A stretch of 47,775 nucleotides of DNA from a virus (Duplodnaviria > Caudoviricetes). The notes under the pieces are model-generated. The model did not search any database and was not told where the DNA came from. It was given only the letters and a program-made list of their open reading frames with translations. A program made the position numbers and the translations under genes. Numbering within the stretch: the stretch's first letter is position 1; each line of letters opens with the position of its first letter. Positions 16,757 to 25,196 of this stretch are shown one piece after another. The stretch lies in IMG/VR virus record IMGVR_UViG_3300037445_000040, positions 1 to 47,775 of that record, one strand, 5' to 3'.

Positions 16757-17397
16757 AATACGCGATCATCGACGCGGAGACCAACGGCCTCCCGGACTAC
16801 AAGAAACCGGCGGACGACCCGAGCCAGCCGCGGCTCGCGTCCCTTGGCGTGGTTATGGTCGACGTCATCCCGTCTGCCGACCCCGTACTGACGCCCGAGA
16901 TCAAGGTCGAGGCCGAGCACGAGTTCCTCGTCAAGCCCGACGGATGGAAGATGACGACCGAGGCGGCGGCCGTGAACGGCCTGACCGACGAGCGGCTAGC
17001 GGCCGATGGCCTCGACGTGCGCGACGTGCTGCAGAAGTACGCGACCCTGATCGAGGCCGGCTACGTCGTCGTCGCCTACGGCGCGCAGCACGACTGCAAG
17101 ATCATGCGCGGGGAGTTCCGGCGCGCGGGACTTCCCGACCGCTTCGAGATCACGAAGAACGTGTGCCTGATGCGCGCGGTGCAGCCGCTCAAGATCCCGA
17201 AGACGAACGGCAAGGGCGGATGGCCGCAGCTCGACGACGTGCTGCGCCATATCGGGCAGAAGCCCGAGCCGCGGCCGCACGGGTCGCTCGTCGGCGCGCG
17301 CTCGGCGTTCGCGGTCTTCTCCCACTTCCTGCCGAAGGGCGTCCTCCCCGAGCCTTCGGTCCACCACGCGAAGAACCCGCCGATGAAGACAAAATGA
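16753..17397 (+). CDS. DnaQ-like (DEDDh) 3'-5' exonuclease, degenerate
   Basis: IIDAETNGLP, VNGLT, VVAYGAQHD, PHGSLVGA. Confidence 0.75.
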   Translation: MKYAIIDAETNGLPDYKKPADDPSQPRLASLGVVMVDVIPSADPVLTPEIKVEAEHEFLVKPDGWKMTTEAAAVNGLTDERLAADGLDVRDVLQKYATLIEAGYVVVAYGAQHDCKIMRGEFRRAGLPDRFEITKNVCLMRAVQPLKIPKTNGKGGWPQLDDVLRHIGQKPEPRPHGSLVGARSAFAVFSHFLPKGVLPEPSVHHAKNPPMKTK

Positions 17398-17582
17398 CCT
17401 CACGCGAATGGAAAGAGAAGAACGGCTGGGGACCGGGCGGAGCGAAGACTCGCGCGTTGCTCGAACAGGCGGTGCTCAGGCGCCAAGCGAGGGAGAGAGC
17501 GCTCCGCGTCTGCTGGTCAACGATCGCGGTGCTCGCGACGATCTTGGTCATCGGGTTCTTTTGCTTGAGGGGCAAGTCATGA
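17394..17582 (+). CDS. small membrane protein
   Basis: C-terminal hydrophobic helix; ATGA-coupled. Confidence 0.5.
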   Translation: MTSREWKEKNGWGPGGAKTRALLEQAVLRRQARERALRVCWSTIAVLATILVIGFFCLRGKS

Positions 17583-18211
17583 GCGGCGAGCCCTTCCAGT
17601 GCGGCTACGGCGCGATCGTCAACGAGGACGTCTCGGTCCTCGAGAAGTGCCTCTCGGAGTGCTGCGCGACCGCGGAACGCGAGAGTCGCCATGTTCGCGT
17701 GTTGGAAATCGGGATGCACGACGGCGGGACCGCTAAGGGGATCGAACTCTTCTGCGCGCGGAACCCGTGGGGGTTGACCTACGTCGGGATCGACCCTGAC
17801 GAAGGGAAGACCCGTCCGCGCTACGTACCGGGCATCGGGAATACGAGCGGGACAGTCGTGATAGGAGACTCGGCCGAAGTGTTCGGTCAGGTCGGGACGG
17901 ACTTCGACCTCATCTGGGTCGACGGCTGCCACTGCATGAACCACGTCATACTCGACACGGTTCAATACGGAGAGCGGGTCCGCCGCGGCGGGTTCATGCT
18001 CTTCCACGACGTCAACCCGGCCGGGCAGGGCAAGGAGCACCAGTACCACGGGCCGGAGACGCCCGAGTTCGGGCTCGCGATCGACATGGCGCACGAGGCG
18101 ATCGGCTTCCCGTGGAGCGACCGCTGGCGCCCGTGGGCGCTCTTCGCCGAGGCTTGGCCGATCGACCGCGAGAACTGCGGCACGCGCGCCTTCCGGAAAG
18201 GCTCCCCGTGA
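17579..18211 (+). CDS. class I SAM-dependent methyltransferase (Methyltransf_24-like)
   Basis: VLEIGMHDGGT, GDS, FDLIWVDGCH, GGFMLFHD. Confidence 0.85.
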   Translation: MSGEPFQCGYGAIVNEDVSVLEKCLSECCATAERESRHVRVLEIGMHDGGTAKGIELFCARNPWGLTYVGIDPDEGKTRPRYVPGIGNTSGTVVIGDSAEVFGQVGTDFDLIWVDGCHCMNHVILDTVQYGERVRRGGFMLFHDVNPAGQGKEHQYHGPETPEFGLAIDMAHEAIGFPWSDRWRPWALFAEAWPIDRENCGTRAFRKGSP

Positions 18212-18333
18212 GACCCGAGTCGAAGCTAGCGGTGATCCTTTGCGCGGCGCTCTTCGTCGTCTCGTTCGTCGGGGCCGTAGCGTTCCACGAGTTCACCGCG
18301 CGGCGGAAGCGCCGGCGCCGTCCCCTCGACTGA
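18208..18333 (+). CDS. small membrane protein
   Basis: Hydrophobic helix followed by an Arg cluster. Confidence 0.45.
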   Translation: MRPESKLAVILCAALFVVSFVGAVAFHEFTARRKRRRRPLD

Positions 18334-18335
18334 CC

Positions 18336-18752
18336 ATGGCCGAGTTCCGCAACAACCTCAGGAAGGGAGACCGTGTGGTCCACGCGGACACCAAGCGGCC
18401 GGGCACGGTCAAGCTCCAACCGAGGGAGAAGTCGCGCGGCGCGATGATCGTCTGGCAGGGCGCGGCGTCCCCGCAGCACTGCGACATCATGAAGTTGCGC
18501 CTCGTCCTCGACGACAAAGGAACGATCGACGAGCACCCGCCCTGCGACGGCGAGCCGCCGGCGAGCGACGTCAACGTCGACCCTCGGCGCGTCCCGCCGT
18601 CGTCTGAGATCGACCCCGCGGAGATCCTGCGCGGGAAGCGCGAGCGGAACCTTCAGGAGCTGGCGTCGCTGAACAAGCGCTTCTCCGCCCTGAAGCTCGA
18701 GAACGACCGGATCGACATCGCACTTCGCGCCCTACACCCATCCTCAACATGA
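18336..18752 (+). CDS. hypothetical protein
   Basis: LRKGDRVVH..GTV beta-barrel-like N-terminus; coiled-coil C-terminus. Confidence 0.65.
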   Translation: MAEFRNNLRKGDRVVHADTKRPGTVKLQPREKSRGAMIVWQGAASPQHCDIMKLRLVLDDKGTIDEHPPCDGEPPASDVNVDPRRVPPSSEIDPAEILRGKRERNLQELASLNKRFSALKLENDRIDIALRALHPSST

Positions 18753-18964
18753 AGTTCTGCAAAGACTGCTCCCACTGCACCGCCTCCAAGCCGAAGACCG
18801 GGACCGTCGTGACCGTTCCGGACGGCGCCGACTGGATGTGCGACGCGCCGACCTTCCATGTCGCGACCGGGAAGAAGGTCTCGACCGAGGTCCAGACCTG
18901 CGTCTCCATGCGCTCGGGCCCCTGCGGTCCCGGCGCTGTGCTGTTCACCCCAAAATCCAAATGA
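18749..18964 (+). CDS. small Cys-rich protein
   Basis: CKDCSHC...C...C...CGP. Confidence 0.6.
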   Translation: MKFCKDCSHCTASKPKTGTVVTVPDGADWMCDAPTFHVATGKKVSTEVQTCVSMRSGPCGPGAVLFTPKSK

Positions 18965-19668
18965 CCGCTTCACTCGCGCTCCGCCGATTCGTCGGCCACA
19001 AACACGACACCCGCTTCACGTGGGGAGAGATCGCGTGGCACCCTCGCCACTGGAAGGCCGCCCTAGAGTATTGTCCCGCCGGGATGTTCTCCCACAACAC
19101 GCTCATCGTCCAACTCATGATCGTCGGGTTCTACATCCACCTGCCGACGGCGCGCCGCGGGGATGGCTGCATGCGCGACAACGAGCCGGTCTACGGCTTC
19201 TACACGATCGACAACCAGATCGTCTGGCGATGGGGCGCCGGCTACTGGTCGTGGAGCTGGCCGTTCTTCGCGTTCAACCACTACTCGACCGAGATACTCA
19301 CGCTAGACCTCAATCCCTTCTGGATCGAATACGGGACCGAGAGAGGGAAGTGGGACGAGCGTCGGGCTGCGCGGGACAAGGCCGAGGCCGCGAACTGCGC
19401 GAAGGCGGACTTCACCTACGTCCTCCGGAGCGGGGAAGTGCAAAGGAGGATCGCGACCTACCACGTCGACCGGATGGTCTGGCGCCGGAAGTGGGCTCCG
19501 TTCCTCACGATGACGAGGACGTGCATCTGGGTGGAGTTCGACGGCGAGGTCGGCGAGCGATCGGGCTCATGGAAGGGCGGCACAACGGGCTGCGGCTACG
19601 AACTCAAACCCGGAGAGACCCCGCTCGCGTGCCTCCGACGGATGGAGTGCGAGCGCAAGTTCACGTGA
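18961..19668 (+). CDS. Trp-rich hypothetical protein
   Basis: ATGA-coupled; ...GEVGERSGSWKGG. Confidence 0.7.
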   Translation: MTASLALRRFVGHKHDTRFTWGEIAWHPRHWKAALEYCPAGMFSHNTLIVQLMIVGFYIHLPTARRGDGCMRDNEPVYGFYTIDNQIVWRWGAGYWSWSWPFFAFNHYSTEILTLDLNPFWIEYGTERGKWDERRAARDKAEAANCAKADFTYVLRSGEVQRRIATYHVDRMVWRRKWAPFLTMTRTCIWVEFDGEVGERSGSWKGGTTGCGYELKPGETPLACLRRMECERKFT

Positions 19669-19826
19669 TCGTCGCCGCGGCAATCCTCTTCGCGCTCGCG
19701 TTCGCCTCCTTCCTCGCCGGGGAGGCGCGGTGGAACTTCCGCTGGTGGATCGCCGCCGCCGCCTTCGCGTTCGCGGCGATCGTGCTCGTACTGCTGGCCG
19801 CCCTCGCCGAGCTTATCCGCCGATGA
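19665..19826 (+). CDS. small two-TM membrane protein
   Basis: Two hydrophobic segments. Confidence 0.5.
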   Translation: MIVAAAILFALAFASFLAGEARWNFRWWIAAAAFAFAAIVLVLLAALAELIRR

Positions 19827-20464
19827 AGGTGACTGCTATCACGGCGACCTACCAGCGCCCCGAGGCGATGGAATTGTGCCGCAAGTACCTCGAGCGGCAG
19901 ACGCGCAAGCCCGACCAGTGGCTCGTGCTCGACGGCCCGGCGCCGATGCCGAATAAGGTCCTCGGCGCGATCGAGGCGGGCAAGGTCGAGGGCGACGTCG
20001 TGGCCTTCTTTGAAGACGACGACTGGTTCCGCGCCGACTGGCTCGACTGGTGCCACGGAGGGATCGAGCGCGGCTACGAGTTGATCGGCGAGGGCTTCGC
20101 GGTCTACTACAACCCCCGGAGCCGCTGGTGGTCGGAGTGCCGCAACGTCCGCCACGCGGCGCTCGTCCAGACCGCGGTCCACCGCGACCTCCTCGAGAAC
20201 GTCGCCAACGTCATACGATCCTTCGAGTCGCCGTTCTTCGACACGCGGGTGTGGCAGCTCGACGCGAACAAGTTCCTCGCCCTCCCGAAGTCGCCGGCCG
20301 AGCGCCGGGTCGTCGGGATCAAGGGCCTCTACGGTGCCGCGGGCTACTCGGGCGAGCATGCCGCGGTCCTCCCGCGCGAGGCGAACTCCGACCCGTCGAT
20401 GCTACAGCTCTGGCGCTGGATCGGGGATGACGCCGAGGCATATCTCAAATTTCACGTCAAATGA
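19823..20464 (+). CDS. GT2-like glycosyltransferase
   Basis: VTAITATYQRP...RQT...WLVLDG...FFEDDDW. Confidence 0.85.
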   Translation: MKVTAITATYQRPEAMELCRKYLERQTRKPDQWLVLDGPAPMPNKVLGAIEAGKVEGDVVAFFEDDDWFRADWLDWCHGGIERGYELIGEGFAVYYNPRSRWWSECRNVRHAALVQTAVHRDLLENVANVIRSFESPFFDTRVWQLDANKFLALPKSPAERRVVGIKGLYGAAGYSGEHAAVLPREANSDPSMLQLWRWIGDDAEAYLKFHVK

Positions 20465-21081
20465 GCACCCTACCCGCCTCCGAACACCCCGCCGCGCAAT
20501 TCTCGTCCGACTTCGCGAAGGCGCACGGCCCTAACTTCCTCAAGTGGCTCGGCCACCTCGTCGGCAACCCGCGCGCGATCGGGATCGAGCTCGGGACGTG
20601 GCGTGGCGAGTCCGCCGAGTGGCTCCTCGACAAGGTCCTGACCGACCCCGCCTCGCGGCTCCACTGCGTCGACACGTTCAAGGGCTCGGAGGAGCACGTC
20701 CTCGCCGGCATCGACTGTTCCGGCATACACGCCGAGACGATGGCCCGGCTGAAGCGCTTCGGTCCGCCGCGCGTGACGCTCCACGTCGGGGAGTCGCACC
20801 GCGTCCTCGCTGCGCGCCTCGCCGGCGTCCTCCCGCGTCTCGTCGACTTCGTCTACGTCGACGCCGCGCACGACGCGATGAACGTCCTCCGGGACGCGGT
20901 CCTAGCCTTCGAGTTGCTCGCGGTCGGCGGCGTGATGATCTTCGACGACTACGAGTGGAAGGTGATGCGCGACGAGGTCGACCGCCCGAAGATGGCCGTC
21001 GACGCCTTCCTCGCGTGCTACGCGCGCCGCGTCGAGGTCATCGGGATGGGCTGGCAAGTCGCCTTGAGGAAGACCGCATGA
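20461..21081 (+). CDS. class I SAM-dependent methyltransferase (Methyltransf_24-like)
   Basis: IELGTWRGES, CVDTF, DFVYVDAAH, GGVMIFDDY. Confidence 0.9.
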   Translation: MSTLPASEHPAAQFSSDFAKAHGPNFLKWLGHLVGNPRAIGIELGTWRGESAEWLLDKVLTDPASRLHCVDTFKGSEEHVLAGIDCSGIHAETMARLKRFGPPRVTLHVGESHRVLAARLAGVLPRLVDFVYVDAAHDAMNVLRDAVLAFELLAVGGVMIFDDYEWKVMRDEVDRPKMAVDAFLACYARRVEVIGMGWQVALRKTA

Positions 21082-21704
21082 GCGACCGGATCGAAGGCGT
21101 CGCGATCCTCGACGAGACGTGCAAACCGGCGCGCCTCCACTTCGTCTGCGTCCGCGCGAACGGAGACCGCCGCCCGTGGGCCGACTCTATCCCGGTCCGG
21201 CCCGCCGGCTCCCCGGAGATACCCGGGACGATCTCGTGGGAGTACACGGTCCACGGCGACGGGCGCCTCGAGTGCAGGCCGAGCGTCAAGATGAGCCACG
21301 CGTTGAGCTACACGAAAGACGACCCGCCCCAGCCGATCTGGAGCGAGTATTTCCACAACGACGGGCAGTGGTGGGTCAAGTTCGAGCGCTGGGTCCGGCG
21401 CGCCGACTTCACGGAGGAGAACGGCGGCGACGTCGACCACACGTTCATCTGGGCGCGGATGAAGGAGCTCAACCCGGTTCTCCTTGAGCGGAAGCACATC
21501 TTCCTGCACCACGACGAACTCCGATCCCCTCCCGAGACACCGGCCACTCCGACCCCGCAACCCGAGGAAAAGCCGACTGTCCCGGCCCAGCGCGTTCCGC
21601 GGCACTTGTCGGGCTATCAGGAGTCGGTCGTCCGCCGGCGGATGCGGGACCTCGGCGAGACCGAGGAGCAAGCCCGGGCGTTCGTCACGGGGGACGTGAC
21701 GTGA
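21078..21704 (+). CDS. hypothetical protein
   Basis: ATGA-coupled. Confidence 0.65.
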   Translation: MSDRIEGVAILDETCKPARLHFVCVRANGDRRPWADSIPVRPAGSPEIPGTISWEYTVHGDGRLECRPSVKMSHALSYTKDDPPQPIWSEYFHNDGQWWVKFERWVRRADFTEENGGDVDHTFIWARMKELNPVLLERKHIFLHHDELRSPPETPATPTPQPEEKPTVPAQRVPRHLSGYQESVVRRRMRDLGETEEQARAFVTGDVT

Positions 21705-22471
21705 AAATCGAGGTCCACCTCCTCACGCACGACGACGAGCAGATGATCGAGTGGTCGCTGCGCCACTACCTCGCCTTCGCCGACGAGATCGTAGTCCACG
21801 ACGGGGGACCGGCGGGAAAGAGCGGTTTGATTTGTTGCGGGTTCTATCCCGCGATCGAGGCGCGTCCGTGGGACACCGCCGGCGAGTTGAACGACGCTCT
21901 CGCGCGCGACCTCAAGAACTCCTGCTGGCAGGGCTCCGACGCCGACTGGGTGATCGTCGCCGACGCCGACGAGCTCGTCTGGGCGCGCGACCTCCGCGGC
22001 CTGCTCGAATCTCGGCTCGCCGCCGGCGCCGCCATACTGCGGCCGCACGGCTTCGAGATGTTCTCCGACACGTGGCACGAGGCGTCTGAGTTCCCGGGGA
22101 TGCAAATCACGGAGCTCGCCCCGAGCGGCGCGCCGGACGACCAGTGGTACGCGAAGCCCGTCGTCTTCTCTCCCCGACTCGTCGTCGACTCGGGCTTCGG
22201 GATCGGCGCGCACGAGAGCGACCCGGTCTTGCGCAACGGGCGCCGCTTCCACGTCGGGCGGGACTGGCCGTGCTGCGAAGGGCTCACGCTGCTCCACTAC
22301 AAGTCGATCTTCGGCGGCCTCGACCGGATCGCGAAGCGCTACGACGCGACGCGGGAGAGGCTCGCGCTCGTCAACGTCCGCAACGGATGGGGCAATTTCA
22401 AGCCCGGCATCGAGCACGCTCGGGAGAAGCGCGACCTGCTCCTCCCTCACGTCCGGCGGGTTGTCGTATAA
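21701..22471 (+). CDS. GT2-like glycosyltransferase
   Basis: THDDEQMIEWSLRHY...IVVHDGG...DWVIVADADE. Confidence 0.85.
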   Translation: MKIEVHLLTHDDEQMIEWSLRHYLAFADEIVVHDGGPAGKSGLICCGFYPAIEARPWDTAGELNDALARDLKNSCWQGSDADWVIVADADELVWARDLRGLLESRLAAGAAILRPHGFEMFSDTWHEASEFPGMQITELAPSGAPDDQWYAKPVVFSPRLVVDSGFGIGAHESDPVLRNGRRFHVGRDWPCCEGLTLLHYKSIFGGLDRIAKRYDATRERLALVNVRNGWGNFKPGIEHAREKRDLLLPHVRRVVV

Positions 22472-22473
22472 GA

Positions 22474-22502
22474 TTGACCTCGTCCCCCGATTTATACTTC
22501 TT
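22474..22502 (+). promoter_or_regulatory. putative promoter for the structural operon
   Basis: TTGACC-N17-CTTCTT, the same geometry as 3191, in an AT-richer intergenic gap. Confidence 0.55.
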
Positions 22503-22541
22503 GCGGGTCATCGACCGTCCGAAACTCAATCCTCTACCACC

Positions 22542-22925
22542 ATGGCCTCCTCCGGTTTCACCCCGTTCACTCTTCCGATCAACCACCTCGCGCAGCTCGG
22601 CGGCGCGCCGGGCTCTCCGGCCAACGTCGTGGCGGGCGCAGCAGCCCTCGTCCTCAACCCCAACGACGGAGCGGTCGTCCGGATCGACGGCGACTCGGCG
22701 GTCTCCGCGACCATCGCGATCACCACGCCTAACTTCCGCGGCTTCGGCGGGTTTCTCGTGACGATCATCAACGCTTCGGGCGCGGGCACGGTGACGGCGA
22801 CCTTCGGCTCGGGGTTCCTACCGACGGCGACGGTCGCGCCGACCACCGGCAAGGCGATCTCCGTCCTCTGGGTCTCGGACGGCATCGTCTGGCGCGAGGT
22901 CGCTCGGTCCGCGTCGGCGCAGTAG
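22542..22925 (+). CDS. small virion structural protein (fibre/decoration-like)
   Basis: G/A/T/V-rich, beta-rich; ends WVSDGIVWREVAR; lies directly before the tailspike. Confidence 0.55.
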   Translation: MASSGFTPFTLPINHLAQLGGAPGSPANVVAGAAALVLNPNDGAVVRIDGDSAVSATIAITTPNFRGFGGFLVTIINASGAGTVTATFGSGFLPTATVAPTTGKAISVLWVSDGIVWREVARSASAQ

Positions 22926-22943
22926 TCGGGGGGAGGGCCTGAG

Positions 22944-25196
22944 ATGCCCGCTTCCTCGCTCACGAACACAGGCAAGACGACCGTCACCGACCGGACGGCG
23001 CAGGGGAACATACCGGACACGTCGCCGCCCTCCGGAACGGTCGGGAGCGGCGGGGGCGGCGGGGGAACGGTCACGAGCGTCGGGACGGGGACCGGACTCA
23101 CGGGCGGGACGATCACGAGCTCGGGGACGATCTCGCTCGCCTCGATCGCCGACGGCCTGATCCTCGGGAACATCTCCGGAGGCGGCGCGGCTCCGACTCC
23201 GACCGCCCTCTCGGACCTGATCGACCACGTCCTCGGGAACTCCCGGGGCCAGATACTCTACCGCGGCGCGGCGGCGTGGGCGGCGCTCAACCCCGGGACG
23301 TCCGGGTTCTTCCTCAAGACGCTCGGGGCCGGCGCGGACCCGACGTGGGCCAACCCGTCGGCGGGCGGAACGGTGACGAGCGTCTCGACCGGCACCGGGT
23401 TGACCGGCGGGCCGATCACGGTCTCCGGCACGATCTCGCTCGCGTCGATCAGCGACAAGAACCTCTTGGCGAACGTCTCGGGCGGCTCCGCGGCCCCGAC
23501 GCCGACGACGCTGACCGCGCTGATCGACGCCGCGCTGGGCGCGACGCGCGGGCAGATTCTCTACCGCAACGCGACCGTCTGGACCGTGCTGAACCCGGGG
23601 ACCGCGGGGCAGATACTCCAGACCGGCGGCGCGGGCGCCGATCCCGCGTGGGCCGCGGCCGGAGCGGGCGGGACCGTGACCTCGGTCGCGACGGGGACCG
23701 GGCTGACCGGCGGCCCGATCACGACGTCGGGGACGATCTCGCTGGCGAACACCGCGGTGACACCCGGCTCGTACACGTCGGCCAACATCACGGTCGACGC
23801 TCAGGGGCGGATCACCGCGGCCTCGAACGGCGCCGGCGGCGGGACGGTGACGACGGTCTCGGTCGTGACGGCGAACGGTGTGTCGGGCTCGGTGGCCAAC
23901 CCGACGACGACGCCGGCGATCACGATCACGCTCGGGGACATCTCGGCGGCGACGTCCAAGCCCGCGACGACGGGAGCGTCCGCGCGGTCCTTCGCGAAGC
24001 GGGACGCCGACGTCTTCAACGTGAAGGACTACGGCGCGGTCGGGGACGGGGCGACGAACGACACGGCCGCGATCCAAGCCGCGGTGACCGCCGCCTTGGT
24101 CTCTACGCCGAACGTCCGGTCGACGGTCTATTTCCCGGACGGCCGCTACCTGAGCGACTCGATCACCGCGTCCGGGTTTCAGGGGCGGATCTGCTTCTGC
24201 GGTCAGAGCAAGGAGGGGACGGAGTTCATACTCCGGACCGGGGGAGCCTACGCGATCTCGTGCAACCTCTCGACCTCGACGGGCGGACTCGGGCAGGACC
24301 AGCAGAGGAACGCCGCCTTCTGCAAGGACATGGCCTTCTCGACCGCGTCGGGCGTCACCGGCTACGGCGCCTTCTACGCGACCTACGGGACGACTCCTCC
24401 AGCCTTCTTCGACATCATGAACGGGGCGACAGGGTGCCAGAACATCCGGATCATCGGGGACGGCGTCGGCGGGACGGGGTTCGTAGACGGCGTCGCCTTC
24501 CGGCACGCGTCGCACCTCTTCATCGACGGCGTCTACGCGTGGGGCAGCTCGGTGAACTACGAGACTGTGACGACCTACGACGCGACCACGAACCTGCCGT
24601 CCGCGAACGTCGTCGCCGGCGGCGGCGCGGTCGTCCGGCTCGCGGGATCGTTCGACAACGGGACGGTCGACAACGTCCAGTGGGGCTACTGGAACAAGGG
24701 CGTCGCGTTGGCGGCCCTGACCGGCGAGGTCATCCAAGGGATGCTGATCAGCAACCTGAGCGGCACGGTCTCGCCCTACATGATCTACCTCAAGGGCGTC
24801 TCCAACTGCGGCGCGCACGAGATCGTCAACGCGGTGCTCGACAACGGAAATTACCCGGCGCAGGGAGTCGGGTACATCATCTACTGCGACGGGCACAGCG
24901 AGGTCACGGCGTCGAACATCTACGGCATCTGCACGGCGGCCGGCGGCGACGCCTTCTACTTCGCGAATTGCTACGCCCCGTGCATGGGCGACGTCAGAAT
25001 ATCGACGGGCAACGTCCTGACGGCCTTCAACCTCGTGAGCTGCACGAACGGTATATTCCACGACGTCCTCCTCTCGGGATTCAACACGGACTTCTACCTC
25101 GACATGAACTCGAACTTCAACCGGCTCCACAACTACTACCGCTACAACTCGACGTCGACGTTCGTGACCAACCTCGGGAGCAACAACATCACGTGA
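22944..25196 (+). CDS. tailspike/tail fibre with repeated shaft and beta-helix (pectate-lyase-3-like) head
   Basis: GTVTSVxTGTGLTGG repeats, then FNVKDYGAVGDGATNDTAAIQAA...VYFPDGRY. Confidence 0.85.
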   Translation: MPASSLTNTGKTTVTDRTAQGNIPDTSPPSGTVGSGGGGGGTVTSVGTGTGLTGGTITSSGTISLASIADGLILGNISGGGAAPTPTALSDLIDHVLGNSRGQILYRGAAAWAALNPGTSGFFLKTLGAGADPTWANPSAGGTVTSVSTGTGLTGGPITVSGTISLASISDKNLLANVSGGSAAPTPTTLTALIDAALGATRGQILYRNATVWTVLNPGTAGQILQTGGAGADPAWAAAGAGGTVTSVATGTGLTGGPITTSGTISLANTAVTPGSYTSANITVDAQGRITAASNGAGGGTVTTVSVVTANGVSGSVANPTTTPAITITLGDISAATSKPATTGASARSFAKRDADVFNVKDYGAVGDGATNDTAAIQAAVTAALVSTPNVRSTVYFPDGRYLSDSITASGFQGRICFCGQSKEGTEFILRTGGAYAISCNLSTSTGGLGQDQQRNAAFCKDMAFSTASGVTGYGAFYATYGTTPPAFFDIMNGATGCQNIRIIGDGVGGTGFVDGVAFRHASHLFIDGVYAWGSSVNYETVTTYDATTNLPSANVVAGGGAVVRLAGSFDNGTVDNVQWGYWNKGVALAALTGEVIQGMLISNLSGTVSPYMIYLKGVSNCGAHEIVNAVLDNGNYPAQGVGYIIYCDGHSEVTASNIYGICTAAGGDAFYFANCYAPCMGDVRISTGNVLTAFNLVSCTNGIFHDVLLSGFNTDFYLDMNSNFNRLHNYYRYNSTSTFVTNLGSNNIT
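23064..23760 (+). repeat. 303-nt (101-aa) tandem repeat in the tailspike shaft
   Basis: Units start at 23064, 23367 and 23670 (third unit partial). Confidence 0.85.

Noticed and set aside
23064-23760. Tail-gene repeats as a possible DGR template/variable pair
   Set aside because: The repeats are in-frame protein repeats differing largely at synonymous sites rather than adenine-specifically, and no reverse transcriptase is seen.
23276-25192. Apparent 1193-aa terminase with a long N-terminal extension
   Set aside because: The extension is the off-frame shadow of the tailspike; the TerL start is the GTG at 25193. The same applies to ORF-track extensions at 788, 7850, 8389 and 12491.
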